In this document: one piece after another, positions 26,147-36,008 of the stretch
How positions within the stretch are numbered: position 1 is the stretch's first letter
Layout: each line of letters begins with the position of its first letter
Assembly: GCA_965221775.1 (NCBI GenBank)
Contig: CBDCSU010000005.1
Span: forward strand, 832,001-896,000
Source: Candidatus Latescibacterota bacterium
Lineage (GTDB): Bacteria > Latescibacterota > UBA2968 > UBA8231
DNA: 64,000 bases
Direction: 5' to 3'
Notes under the pieces: generated by a model
Databases searched by the model: none
Seen by the model: the letters and a program-made list of their open reading frames with translations, nothing else
Told to the model about the DNA's origin: nothing
Made by a program: the position numbers and the translations under genes

Positions 26147-27609
26147 TGGCGACGGCCGTGGACAGGACCCCCGCCGCCGTCGAGCGCGGCCAGGCCCGGC
26201 TCTTCCTCGACGACGAGGGGATCGCCGAGGGGAACAACGTGACCCGCCGCTGGCACCGGCTGCGCAAGCACCCGGCCAACCCCCTCTTCAGCCGCTCCGG
26301 CGAGGAAGCGCAGGTCTACCTCTCGGGGACGGTACTCCACGAGCCGGAGCCCGGCGGCGGCGACCCCCTCTTCCGCATGTGGTACTACGCCCGCTCCGAG
26401 AAGGTCCGCTGGGTCGCCTACGCGCGCAGCCGCGACGGCCTGAACTGGGAGAAGCCGGAGCTGAACCTGCTGCCCGCCGGCCGCGGGCTGCCGGGCAACG
26501 CCGTCTTCGCCCCGCCGGGGTGGCGCCTCATCGACTTCTCCGGCATCGTCCGGGACCCCCGCCCCGGCGTGCCCGAAGGGGAGCGGTACAAGCTGATCGT
26601 CTCCGCCGACACCCGCGGCGCCGTGGAGATCGACGAGCCCCTGGAGGGCCTGGAGGGCAAGCACCTCGTGCGCGGCACCTCCCCCGACGGCTGGCGCTGG
26701 AGCTTCCACGGCGCCTTCAAGCCCGCCATGCCCACCTACCCTGACCGCGGCTGCTTCACCTGGGACCCCTTCCGGCGGCAGTTCACCCAGTTCGGCCGGT
26801 CGCGCCACACGCCGCCGGAGCTGGTGGCCCGGGGAGGTCCCAACTACGCCGGCCGCGCCGTCGGCCGGGGGACGAGCCCCGACTTCGAGAGCTGGTCGGC
26901 GGAGTGGCCCCACGTCATGCACGCGGCGGACGGAGATCCGGACGGCACCGAGATCTACGGCTGCTCCGCCTTCCCCGCCGGCGGCCAGTGGGTCGCCCTC
27001 ACCCAGATGCACCACTCCCTGCCCCACCTCGCCTGCATCGACATGGCGATCGCCCACTCGCGCGACGGCGTCGACTGGACGCGGGAGGACCACGTCGTGC
27101 TGCCCGGCGGCGACGTGGGGGACTGGGACCGCTTCAACCAGTGCACGGCGACGGCGCCCCTGCGCGTCGGCGACGAGCTGTGGGTCTACTACTGCGGCCG
27201 CTCCTTCCGCCACCGCGAGTACTTCGGCTGCCCCGAGTGGAAGCCGGAGATCCCCCGCGGCGACAGCGGCCCGAACTTCGCCAGGATCGGCCTGGCCTCG
27301 ATTCGCCTCGACGGCTGGTGCAGCCTGCAGGCCGGCTACGACGGCGGCACCGTGGTCACCGGGCCGGTGGTCCTGCCCGCGGGCGAGCTGCGGGTGAACG
27401 CCAGGTCCCCGTGGGGGGCGGTGACCGTGGAGATCCTGGACGAAGGGGGGAACCCGGTTCCCGGGGGGCGGTCGGCGCCGGTCACAGCCGACGGCGTGGA
27501 CCTGAAGGTGGAGTGGCCCGGCGCCCCCCTGGACACCCTGCAGGGGAGGCCGTTACTATTGCGGTTCACCCTCGAGAACGCCCACCTCTACTCGTGGAGA
27601 GTTGCATGA
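26146..27609 (+). CDS. Five-bladed beta-propeller (GH32/43/130-like) hypothetical protein
   Basis: RLFLDD, KHPANP, RMWY, YARSRDGLNWEKP, SPDGWRW, SRDGVDW, RLDGW, LRFTLENAHLYSW (Asp-box-like repeats). Confidence 0.7.
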   Translation: MATAVDRTPAAVERGQARLFLDDEGIAEGNNVTRRWHRLRKHPANPLFSRSGEEAQVYLSGTVLHEPEPGGGDPLFRMWYYARSEKVRWVAYARSRDGLNWEKPELNLLPAGRGLPGNAVFAPPGWRLIDFSGIVRDPRPGVPEGERYKLIVSADTRGAVEIDEPLEGLEGKHLVRGTSPDGWRWSFHGAFKPAMPTYPDRGCFTWDPFRRQFTQFGRSRHTPPELVARGGPNYAGRAVGRGTSPDFESWSAEWPHVMHAADGDPDGTEIYGCSAFPAGGQWVALTQMHHSLPHLACIDMAIAHSRDGVDWTREDHVVLPGGDVGDWDRFNQCTATAPLRVGDELWVYYCGRSFRHREYFGCPEWKPEIPRGDSGPNFARIGLASIRLDGWCSLQAGYDGGTVVTGPVVLPAGELRVNARSPWGAVTVEILDEGGNPVPGGRSAPVTADGVDLKVEWPGAPLDTLQGRPLLLRFTLENAHLYSWRVA

Positions 27610-30038
27610 AGCCCGCCCGGCGATGCGGTGGATGGACGCGTCCACTCGCGGCGCTGCTGCTGGTCCTCGGGCTGGCCGCGGGCACCGGCGCCCAGGGAGG
27701 GCGGAAGCACACCCTCAGCGGTTACGTGGAGGACGCCTCCAGCGGCGAGAAGCTGATCGGCGCCGTGCTCCACGAGCCCGACCTGCGCCAGGGCACCACC
27801 ACCAACCGCTACGGGTTCTTCAGCCTCACCCTGCCCGCCGGGTCGCTGCGGGTGGTGGTCTCCCACATCGGCTACCAGAGCGACACCCTCGCCACGCAGC
27901 TCGAGGCCGACCAGCAGCTCAACATCGCCCTCGAGCCGGAGGCCCTGGAGATGGAGGCCGTCGAGGTCGAGGCGGAGCGGCTCGATCCGATCCAGATGGA
28001 GAGCCGCATGAGCGTGGTGCAGGTGCCGGTGCGGCAGATCAAGAGCGCACCCGTCCTCATGGGCGAGGTGGATGTCCTCAAGACCCTGCAGCTGCTGCCC
28101 GGCGTGCAGTCCGGCGCCGAGGGCATGAGCGGCCTCTACGTGCGCGGCGGCAGCCCCGACCAGAACCTGATCCTCCTCGACGACGCCCCGGTCTACAACG
28201 CCTCCCATCTGTTCGGCTTCTTCTCGGTCTTCAACGCCAACGCCATCAAGAACGTGCAGCTCACCAAGGCCGGCTTCCCGGCCCGCTACGGCGGCCGCCT
28301 CTCGTCGGTGCTGGAGATCGACATGAAGGACGGCAACATGAAGGAGTTCGAGGCCGAGGGCTCGGTGGGGCTCATCGCCTCGCAGCTCACCGTGCAGGGG
28401 CCGCTGAGCAGGGACCGCACCTCCTTCATCCTGTCGGGCCGGCGCACCTACGTCGACATGCTGGTACGCCCCTTCCTCCCCGAGGACGACCGGGGCGGCT
28501 ACCACTTCTACGACGTCAACGCCAAGGTCAACCACATCTTCTCGCCCCGCAGCCGCGTCTACCTGAGCTGGTACGGCGGCGACGACCGCTTCTGGAACGA
28601 CGTGACGGACCAGTACCAGTACCGCGACCGCGGCAGCAGCTACCAGGAGGAGAACACCATCGCCGCCAACTTCGGATGGGGCAACGTCACCTCCACCCTG
28701 CGCTGGAACTACCTCTTCAGCAACCGCCTCTTCGGCAACCTCACCGCCATCTACAGCCGCTACCAGTTCTCCACCGACGTGGACGACCGCTCCACCGTGA
28801 TCAGCGGCGGCGAACGGGAGTCGGAGAGCCTGCGGCTGCGCTACCGCTCCGGCATCCGCGACTGGGGCCTGAAGCTCGACCTCGACTACATCCCCGACCC
28901 GGACCACTACATCCGCGCCGGGGGCAGCGCCACCCTGCACACCTATCGCCCCGGGGCGGCGCAGATCAAGTCCGATCCTCTCGACGGGGCCCCCGAGGAC
29001 ACGACCCTGACCGCCAAGGTCACCGACGCGCTGGAGTACAGCCTGTACGGCGAGGACGACGTGCGCCTCACCCGCCTCCTGAAGGCCAACCTCGGAGTGC
29101 ACGTCTCCGGCTTCCTCGTCGACGGCGAGCTCTACACCTCCCTGCAGCCGCGGCTGTCGATGCGCTACCTGCTGCCCTCGGACTGGGCCGTGAAAGCCTC
29201 CTACGCCCGGATGCGCCAGTACATCCACCTGCTCTCCAACAGCACCGTGGGCCTGCCCACCGACCTGTGGCTGCCGGCGACCGAGCGCGTGCGCCCCCAG
29301 AGCTCGCGGCAGGTCGGCGTCGGCCTGGCCCGCCAGCTCAGGGAGCAGTACGAGTTCAGCGTCGAGGGCTACTACAAGACCATGGAGGAGCTGATCGAGT
29401 ACCGCGAGGGGGCCAGCTTTCTCGCCGCCTTCGGCGAGAGCGAGGACTGGCAGGACAAGGTGGAGACGGGGCGGGGCTGGTCGTACGGGGCCGAGCTGTT
29501 CCTGCAGAAGAAGCGGGGCCGCACCACCGGCTGGGCCGGCTACACCCTCTCGTGGACGCGGCGGCGTTTCGACGGGCTGAACGAGGGGCGGACCTTCCCC
29601 TACCGCTACGACCGCCGCCACGACGCCGCCCTCGTCCTCTCCCACCAGATGTCGAGGTCCCTCTCCCTGTCCGTCACCTGGGTGTACGGGACCGGCCAGG
29701 CCGCCACCCTTCCCGTGGCCCACTACTACGACAGGGAGGAAGTCACGGGGCACGAGAGGTTCCGGGTGCCCGGTCCCTACTTCCTGCCCCCTGAGACCGT
29801 GGTCTACGGGGACCGCAACGGCTACCGCATGTCCGCCTTCCACCACCTCGATCTCAGCCTCAACCTCGGCCGGACAGGCGGCCGGCACGGCTTCGGCCTG
29901 GGGGTGTACAACGCCTACAACCGCAAGAACCCCTTCTTCATCTACTTCGATCGCAGAGGCGACGAGACCGCCTTCCGCGCCAAGCAGGTGAGCCTGTTCC
30001 CGATCCTGCCGTGGATGAACTACCGGTTCAAGTTTTGA
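27606..30038 (+). CDS. TonB-dependent receptor with N-terminal carboxypeptidase-regulatory-like domain
   Basis: Signal peptide; SGYVEDASSGEKLIGA, LQLLPGV, VRGGSPDQNL, RYGGRLSSV, YNAYNRKN, C-terminal YRFKF. Confidence 0.92.
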   Translation: MKPARRCGGWTRPLAALLLVLGLAAGTGAQGGRKHTLSGYVEDASSGEKLIGAVLHEPDLRQGTTTNRYGFFSLTLPAGSLRVVVSHIGYQSDTLATQLEADQQLNIALEPEALEMEAVEVEAERLDPIQMESRMSVVQVPVRQIKSAPVLMGEVDVLKTLQLLPGVQSGAEGMSGLYVRGGSPDQNLILLDDAPVYNASHLFGFFSVFNANAIKNVQLTKAGFPARYGGRLSSVLEIDMKDGNMKEFEAEGSVGLIASQLTVQGPLSRDRTSFILSGRRTYVDMLVRPFLPEDDRGGYHFYDVNAKVNHIFSPRSRVYLSWYGGDDRFWNDVTDQYQYRDRGSSYQEENTIAANFGWGNVTSTLRWNYLFSNRLFGNLTAIYSRYQFSTDVDDRSTVISGGERESESLRLRYRSGIRDWGLKLDLDYIPDPDHYIRAGGSATLHTYRPGAAQIKSDPLDGAPEDTTLTAKVTDALEYSLYGEDDVRLTRLLKANLGVHVSGFLVDGELYTSLQPRLSMRYLLPSDWAVKASYARMRQYIHLLSNSTVGLPTDLWLPATERVRPQSSRQVGVGLARQLREQYEFSVEGYYKTMEELIEYREGASFLAAFGESEDWQDKVETGRGWSYGAELFLQKKRGRTTGWAGYTLSWTRRRFDGLNEGRTFPYRYDRRHDAALVLSHQMSRSLSLSVTWVYGTGQAATLPVAHYYDREEVTGHERFRVPGPYFLPPETVVYGDRNGYRMSAFHHLDLSLNLGRTGGRHGFGLGVYNAYNRKNPFFIYFDRRGDETAFRAKQVSLFPILPWMNYRFKF

Positions 30039-31033
30039 ACTCCGCCGCTTCCAGGAGATTCGCACTGCGCGGCCTGCCGCTGCTGGCCGCCCTGACCGCC
30101 TGCGAGCAGGTCATCGAGCCGGACCTGCCCGAGCACACCCCGCGGCTGGTGCTGCAGGCCTTCTTCACGGCCGACAGCACCTGGACCGCCTACGTGGGCC
30201 GCTCGGCCGGGATCCTCGAGTCCCTGCCCGAGAGCGAACAGCCGGTGACCGACGCCTCGGTGGAACTGCTGGAGGGCGACCGGGTCGTCGAGGAGCTGCG
30301 GTTCCTCGAAGGGGAAGACCTCTACATCCTCGACGAGAACCCCCTCGAAGCGGGCCTCTCCTACTCCCTGCGGGTGTCGGCCCCCGGTTTCGCCGCCATC
30401 CGGGCCAGCGACATCATTCCCCGGCCCGTGCCGACGTCGGCCGAGGCCCTTGTCACCACGTCCACCCGCCCCGAGTACTGGCTCGACTACGCCATCGACA
30501 TCGGGATCCAGGATCCCCCCGGGGAGACCAATTACTACCAGGTCAGCCTCTACCTGGTCCATGTCTTCGCCGACCCCGAGGGCCCGGACGAGGGCCTGCC
30601 CCGTCAGTGGGTGAGGCAGGAACTCCTGTTTTCCACGAAGGACCCTTCGATCACGGGCTCGACAACCCGGGACGAGCCCTTCGAGGATCCGATCTTCGAG
30701 GGCGCGGCGCCGTTCTTCAAGGACACCCTGTTCGACGGTGAGGCCCACGAGATCGAGCTGACCGGCTCGATATACTGGCCCTCGGGAGACAACAAGCTCC
30801 ATCTGCAGGTCCTGCACATCAGCGGGACCTACTACGAGTGGCTCAAGAGCGCCCGGCTCCACGACGACACCCGGGAGAATGTCTTTGCCGAGCCGCTGAG
30901 CGTGCGCGGCAACGTCGAGAACGGGTACGGGATCTTCGCCGGGTACAGCTCGCGCACCTTCGAGTTCGAGTTCGACTTCGAGTTCGACTTCGAGCCCGAC
31001 TCCGACTTCGAGTCCAACCTCGACTCCGAGTGA
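30035..31033 (+). CDS. DUF4249-like lipoprotein partner of the TonB receptor
   Basis: Lipobox LTAC, QDPPGETNYY, GNVENGYGIFAG; TTG start overlapping the receptor stop. Confidence 0.8.
   Translation: MNSAASRRFALRGLPLLAALTACEQVIEPDLPEHTPRLVLQAFFTADSTWTAYVGRSAGILESLPESEQPVTDASVELLEGDRVVEELRFLEGEDLYILDENPLEAGLSYSLRVSAPGFAAIRASDIIPRPVPTSAEALVTTSTRPEYWLDYAIDIGIQDPPGETNYYQVSLYLVHVFADPEGPDEGLPRQWVRQELLFSTKDPSITGSTTRDEPFEDPIFEGAAPFFKDTLFDGEAHEIELTGSIYWPSGDNKLHLQVLHISGTYYEWLKSARLHDDTRENVFAEPLSVRGNVENGYGIFAGYSSRTFEFEFDFEFDFEPDSDFESNLDSE
30959..31030 (+). repeat. Degenerate 6-bp (TTCGAS) coding microsatellite at the lipoprotein C-terminus
   Basis: ttcgagttcgagttcgacttcgagttcgacttcgagcccgactccgacttcgag encodes FEFEFDFEFDFEPDSDFE. 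Confidence 0.75.
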
Positions 31034-32163
31034 GACCGCCCCTGGCCAGTCTGGCGAGGGCCGTGGCCCTCGCCACGGCCCTGCTGCCGGCGGCGCCATG
31101 CGAGGCCTCGGACCCCCACGAGGCCACGGGCCTGCGCCCCACGGCGGTCCCGCTGCTGAACTTCAGCTCCGACGACGGCGTCGGCTACGGCCTGCGCGCC
31201 AACCTGTACGAGTACGACGGCCGCACCGTCCCCTACCTCCGCAAGTACTCGGCGCAGCTGTTCTTCACCAGCCGGGGCCGGTGGGTCCACCACCTGTCGA
31301 TCGACACGCCGCGCTTCCGCGGCGGCGACGACCGCTTCGAGCTGGTCCTGCGCTTCGAGAAGGAGGCCTTCGCCAACTTCCTCGGCTCCCTCACCGACGC
31401 GGAGGCCCGAGGCCTCAGCCGCGGGCAGAAGACCTTCTCCCGGAGCCTCCCGTGGGTCGAGGCGCGCTGGATCCGGCGGCTGGGCCCGCCGCGGCCGGCG
31501 GCGTCCCCGTGGGGAGTGGGCCTCGGCGGCCGGCTCAGCCGCGCCGGCATCACCCCCAACGCCGAGGCCGGGAACGTCCTGTCCGAGGCCGCGCCTCCCG
31601 GCATCGACGGCGGCCTCCTCGGCCAGGTGAACGCCTCGCTGCGCTACGACACGCGGGACGACTACAACGACACCTCCACCGGCCTGCTCGAAGAGCTGCT
31701 CATCGAGTACGGAGCGGGCAGCGACTACAACGGGGCGACCGTGCGCCTCGAGCACCGGCACTTCGCCGCCCTCCTCGCCGGACTGGTGGCCGCCCAACGC
31801 ATCACCCTTGACTGGACCACGGGGGACCTGCCCTTCTACGAGTGGCCCGAGGTGGGCGGCGGCGACACCCTCCGCGGCCTGGTGCGGGGGCGGGACCGAG
31901 GCGGCAGGCGGGTGCTGGCCAATGGGGAGCTGCGCTGGCGCGGCGTGCGCCTCTCCGCGAGGCACAGCATGCGTCTCGGCGCTGTCCTTTTCGCCGACGC
32001 CGGCCGCGTCCTCGGCGGCGGCGCGCTGGCCGCACCCGGCCGCTGGCGGCGGGGGCTGGGCCTGGGACTGAGAGGCCGCTGGCAGAGCATGGTCGTGCGC
32101 GCCGACTACGGGCGGGCCGACGGCGGCACCGGCATCTACCTGACCTTCGATCCCATGTTCTGA
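31030..32163 (+). CDS. Omp85 (BamA/TamA)-family beta-barrel without POTRA domains (paralog 1)
   Basis: Signal peptide; LRYDTRD, GGGDTLRG, ELRW, LFADAGRV, GLGLR, RADYG, C-terminal F. Confidence 0.82.
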   Translation: MRPPLASLARAVALATALLPAAPCEASDPHEATGLRPTAVPLLNFSSDDGVGYGLRANLYEYDGRTVPYLRKYSAQLFFTSRGRWVHHLSIDTPRFRGGDDRFELVLRFEKEAFANFLGSLTDAEARGLSRGQKTFSRSLPWVEARWIRRLGPPRPAASPWGVGLGGRLSRAGITPNAEAGNVLSEAAPPGIDGGLLGQVNASLRYDTRDDYNDTSTGLLEELLIEYGAGSDYNGATVRLEHRHFAALLAGLVAAQRITLDWTTGDLPFYEWPEVGGGDTLRGLVRGRDRGGRRVLANGELRWRGVRLSARHSMRLGAVLFADAGRVLGGGALAAPGRWRRGLGLGLRGRWQSMVVRADYGRADGGTGIYLTFDPMF

Positions 32164-32256
32164 CCGCGGGCCCCTGCCGTGACGGTGCGCGCCCCCCTTG
32201 CCCGCCGCATCCGTCGCGCGGTTGCCCGCCGGCGTGGTTGTTCGTGTCTTGTGGGC

Positions 32257-33453
32257 ATGAGAGCCGCCGCCCTCCTGCTCGTCCGGGGCGCCCTCGCCTC
32301 ACTCGGAGTCCTGCTGCTGGTGCTGCTGATCCCGTCTGCCCGCGACGCCTGCCTGGGACTGCTCTTTCTCGGCGACTTCGTCGCCGGAGAGCGCACGACC
32401 CCCTTCGACCTGATCACCCCCGAGCCGAAGGTCACCAGCGGCGAGCTGACCGCCGACGACGGCCTGCGCGTCCCCTTCGACTTCTACAGCCCGCGTGCGG
32501 CGGAGGAGGTCGCCGCCGACGGCGACCGCCTGCCGGCGTTCCTGCTGGCCCATGGCGTCGTCCACGAGGGCTACCGCGACGCCAGGGTGATCGCCATGGC
32601 CCGGCGCTTGGCCCGCGGCGGCTTCGCGGTGATGACCCCGGACCTTCTGCAGATGAAGAGCTACCGGTTGGGGTTCGAGGACGCCGACGCGCTCGCCGCC
32701 TGCCTCGACTACCTGTTCGAGTCCGCCGTCGTCGACGGGGGCCGGGTCGGCGTGGTCGCCCCGAGCTTCAGCGCCGGGCCGATGCTGATGGCCCTCGGCC
32801 GGCCGGGTCCCGGCGGCAAGGTCCGCTTCGGCCTGCTCTTCGGCAGCTACTACGACATGCGCCGCACCCTGCGCTTCACCCTCACCGGCGCCTACGGTGC
32901 CCCGGGGCTGCCGCCGGTCCGTTTCGACTCGAGCAACCGGCGCAACCGCTGGCGCCTCCTGCGGGGCCACCTCGGCCTCGTGCCCTCCTCTCCCACCAGC
33001 GGCGAGTTCGCCGCCTTCGTGGAGGCCCGCACCGACTCCCCCGCCTACGACGACCCGGGGCTGCGGGCCCGCTTCTCGGCCGAAGAACGCCTCATGCTGG
33101 AGTTCACCGCCAACACCGACCCGGCCCGCTTCGACTCGCTCTTCCCGCGGCTGCCCGGGAGCTTCCGCGCCTGGGTCGACACCTTCTCCCTGCGCCACCA
33201 CACCTCCAACGTGAGGACGCAACTGCTGATCGCCCACAGCAGCGCCGACAAGGTCATCCCCTACCCGGAGAGCCTGGCCCTGGCCGCCGACCTGCCGAAC
33301 GCGCCCCCGCCGGACGTCTCGATCGTCGATCTCTTCACCCACGTGGACATCAAGATCGACGGGACCTCCCTGCGCGCCCTCGTCACCGACGTCATCCCGG
33401 GTCTGTTCAGGATCTGGGGCATCGCTCACGCCCTCATGAGTCAGCGCAGGTAG
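32257..33453 (+). CDS. Membrane-anchored alpha/beta hydrolase-fold protein
   Basis: N-terminal TM; LAHG, LARGGFAVMTPD, RVGVVAPSFSAG (atypical nucleophile elbow), IAHSSADKVIP, FTH. Confidence 0.72.
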   Translation: MRAAALLLVRGALASLGVLLLVLLIPSARDACLGLLFLGDFVAGERTTPFDLITPEPKVTSGELTADDGLRVPFDFYSPRAAEEVAADGDRLPAFLLAHGVVHEGYRDARVIAMARRLARGGFAVMTPDLLQMKSYRLGFEDADALAACLDYLFESAVVDGGRVGVVAPSFSAGPMLMALGRPGPGGKVRFGLLFGSYYDMRRTLRFTLTGAYGAPGLPPVRFDSSNRRNRWRLLRGHLGLVPSSPTSGEFAAFVEARTDSPAYDDPGLRARFSAEERLMLEFTANTDPARFDSLFPRLPGSFRAWVDTFSLRHHTSNVRTQLLIAHSSADKVIPYPESLALAADLPNAPPPDVSIVDLFTHVDIKIDGTSLRALVTDVIPGLFRIWGIAHALMSQRR

Positions 33454-33454
33454 G

Positions 33455-34621
33455 ATGGTGCTTCCACGTCCGGGCAACCCTCGGCCGGCCCCTCGCAGCG
33501 GCGCCACGCTCCTCGGGGCCTTCTGCGCCGCCGGTCTGCTGTTCCGGCCCGCCCCGGTCGATGCGGGGGCCGCGTACGAGAGCACCGGCTTTCGGCCGAC
33601 GGCGATCCCCCTGCTGAACTTCAGCTCCGACGACGGCGCCGGGTACGGGCTGCGCGCCAACCTCTTCGAGTACGACGGCCGCACCGTTCCCTACCGCCGC
33701 AAGTACTCGGCGCAGCTGTTCTTCACCACCCGGGGCAAGTGGGTGCACCGGCTGCTGATGGACACGCCGAGGTTCCGCGGCGGCGACCGCCTGGAGCTGG
33801 AGCTGGTCTTCGAGAAGGAGGAGTTCGCCAACTACTACGGCGGTCTGACGAAGGAGGAGACCCGCGGCCTCGACCGCGACCGGAGGACCTTCTCCCGGGC
33901 CTTCCCGGAGTTCAGGGCGAGGTGGATCCGCCCCCTGGGATCGCCGCGGGCTTCCACCCCGTGGAGGCTGCGCCTCGGCAGCCGCTTGAGCTGGCACGAG
34001 ATCACCCCCAACGCGGAGGCCGGCAACATCCTCTTCGAGCGGAACCCCCTCGGGGCCGACGGCGGCCCTCTCGCTCAGGCCGGCGCCGCCCTGCGCTACG
34101 ACACCCGGGACAACTACAACGACAGCTCCTCCGGGCTCCTCGAGGAGGCTCTCGTCCAGTACACCTTCGGCGCCGGCGGCGATTACAACGGTCTCCAGGC
34201 CCGCCTCGAGCACCGGCACTTCGCCGCCCTCCTCCCCGGTATCGTCGCCGCCCACCGGATCGCCCTCGACTGGACCGCCGGCGACCTGCCTTTCTTCGAG
34301 GAGCTGGAACTCGGCGGCAGCAGCACGATCCGCGGCCTCCCCAAGGCCCGCGACCGCGGCGAGGCGCGGGTGCTGCTCAACGGGGAGCTGCGCTGGCGCG
34401 GCGTGCGCCTGTCGTCGGCGCAGAACATCCATGTCGGCGGGCTGCTCTTCGCCGACGCCGGCCAGATCTTCGGCGGCGGCGAAGGGCCCTCCCGCGACAA
34501 CTGGCGCCGGGGGGCGGGCCTCGGGCTGCGCTTCCTCTGGCAGAGCACGATCGTGCGCGCCGACCACGGCTTCTCGAGCGGCGGCAGCGGCATCTACATC
34601 ACCTTTTCCCAGCTCTTCTGA
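33455..34621 (+). CDS. Omp85 (BamA/TamA)-family beta-barrel without POTRA domains (paralog 2)
   Basis: Clear paralog of 31030..32163 (shared PLLNFSSDDG.GYGLRAN..EYDGRTVPY..KYSAQLFFT); LRYDTRD, GGSSTIRG, ends ITFSQLF. Confidence 0.82.
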   Translation: MVLPRPGNPRPAPRSGATLLGAFCAAGLLFRPAPVDAGAAYESTGFRPTAIPLLNFSSDDGAGYGLRANLFEYDGRTVPYRRKYSAQLFFTTRGKWVHRLLMDTPRFRGGDRLELELVFEKEEFANYYGGLTKEETRGLDRDRRTFSRAFPEFRARWIRPLGSPRASTPWRLRLGSRLSWHEITPNAEAGNILFERNPLGADGGPLAQAGAALRYDTRDNYNDSSSGLLEEALVQYTFGAGGDYNGLQARLEHRHFAALLPGIVAAHRIALDWTAGDLPFFEELELGGSSTIRGLPKARDRGEARVLLNGELRWRGVRLSSAQNIHVGGLLFADAGQIFGGGEGPSRDNWRRGAGLGLRFLWQSTIVRADHGFSSGGSGIYITFSQLF

Positions 34622-34623
34622 TC

Positions 34624-35931
34624 ATGACCGTTCCCGACACCTACCGCGAATACAAGAGGAAAATCAACGCCTGGTGCCTCTACGACTGGGGCAACTCGGC
34701 CTTCGCCACCACCATCATGGCCGGCGTCTTCCCCTTGTTCTACCGCTCCATGGCGACCACCGCCGGCCTCGGCGAGGCCGACGCCACCGCGGCCTGGGGC
34801 TACACCACCGCCCTGGCCCTGCTCATCGTCGCCGCCATCGGCCCCGTCCTCGGGTCGTACTGCGACCAGGCCCGCACCAAGAAGCGGTTCCTCGTCTTCT
34901 TCGCCGGCCTCGGTATCTGCGCCTCGGCCCTCTTCGTCTTCCTCGGCGACGACGACTACCTGCTGGGGTCGGTGCTGTTCATCGCCGGCAACATCGGATT
35001 CGCCGCCGGCAACATCTTCTACGAGTCGCTGCTGCCCCACGTGGCGCGCCCCGGCGACCTGGACCGCGTCTCCACGCGCGGCTACGCCATGGGCTACATC
35101 GGCGGCGGCATCCTGCTGGTGATCAACCTGCTCTGGATCATGCACCCCGCCTGGTTCCTGCTTCCCGGCACCGGCTTCGCCCTGCGCCTGACCTTCTTCA
35201 GCGTCGCCGTCTGGTGGGCGGTCTTCACCGTGCCGCTGCTGCGCCGCGTCGAGGAACCCCGCCTCTCCGGGGAGGGCGCGGGCGACGCCGGCATCGGCGC
35301 CGCCTTCTCGCGCCTGGCGGAGACCTTCCGCCAGGTGCGGCGCTACCGGCAGCTGCTGCTCTTCCTCGTCGCCTTCTGGGTCTACAACGACGGCATCGGC
35401 ACGATCATCAAGATGGCCATCGCCTACGGGGACGAGGTCGGCATCGGCCGCACCGACCTGATCACGGCGCTGGTGCTGACCCAGTTCGTCGGCATCCCCT
35501 GCACCTTCCTCTTCGGGAGGCTGGCGGGCGTGCTGGGGACCAAGAGGTCGATCCTCGCCGGGCTGGGGGTGTACACGCTGATGGCCCTGGGCGGCTACTT
35601 CATGGAGACCGCCCTCCACTTCTACATCCTCGCGGTCCTGGTCGGCCTCGTGCAGGGAGGCACCCAGGCCCTGAGCCGCTCCCTCTACGCCTCGATGATC
35701 CCGCCCGAGAGGTCGGCCGAGTTCTTCGGCTTCTACAGCACCAGCTCGCGCTTCGCCGGGATCTTCGGCCCCCTGATCTTCGCGCTGGTGAGCCAGACCG
35801 CCGGCGACAGCCGCCTGAGCATCGTCGCGCTGGTGATCTTCTTCGTGGTGGGAGGGGCGCTGCTGCTTCGGGTGGACGAGCGCGAAGGGGCCCGCGCCGC
35901 CCGCGGCGAGGGGCCTGCGGCGGGCGCCTAG
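34624..35931 (+). CDS. MFS transporter (Atg22/UMF1-like)
   Basis: AWCLYDWGNSAF, GYAMGYIGGG, YNDGIGTII, GGTQALSRS, EFFGFY. Confidence 0.88.
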   Translation: MTVPDTYREYKRKINAWCLYDWGNSAFATTIMAGVFPLFYRSMATTAGLGEADATAAWGYTTALALLIVAAIGPVLGSYCDQARTKKRFLVFFAGLGICASALFVFLGDDDYLLGSVLFIAGNIGFAAGNIFYESLLPHVARPGDLDRVSTRGYAMGYIGGGILLVINLLWIMHPAWFLLPGTGFALRLTFFSVAVWWAVFTVPLLRRVEEPRLSGEGAGDAGIGAAFSRLAETFRQVRRYRQLLLFLVAFWVYNDGIGTIIKMAIAYGDEVGIGRTDLITALVLTQFVGIPCTFLFGRLAGVLGTKRSILAGLGVYTLMALGGYFMETALHFYILAVLVGLVQGGTQALSRSLYASMIPPERSAEFFGFYSTSSRFAGIFGPLIFALVSQTAGDSRLSIVALVIFFVVGGALLLRVDEREGARAARGEGPAAGA

Positions 35932-35950
35932 GCCGTCCGGCGCAGGGAGG

Positions 35951-35995
35951 CGCGGCCGTTGTGCCGCGCGAGGGGAGCTTGTGCCGGTGCTCCCC
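35951..35995. terminator. Two short hairpins between convergent genes
   Basis: cgcggc/gccgcg and ggggagc (35972-35978)/gctcccc (35989-35995). Confidence 0.35.
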
Positions 35996-36008
35996 CGTTG
36001 CCGCGGGG

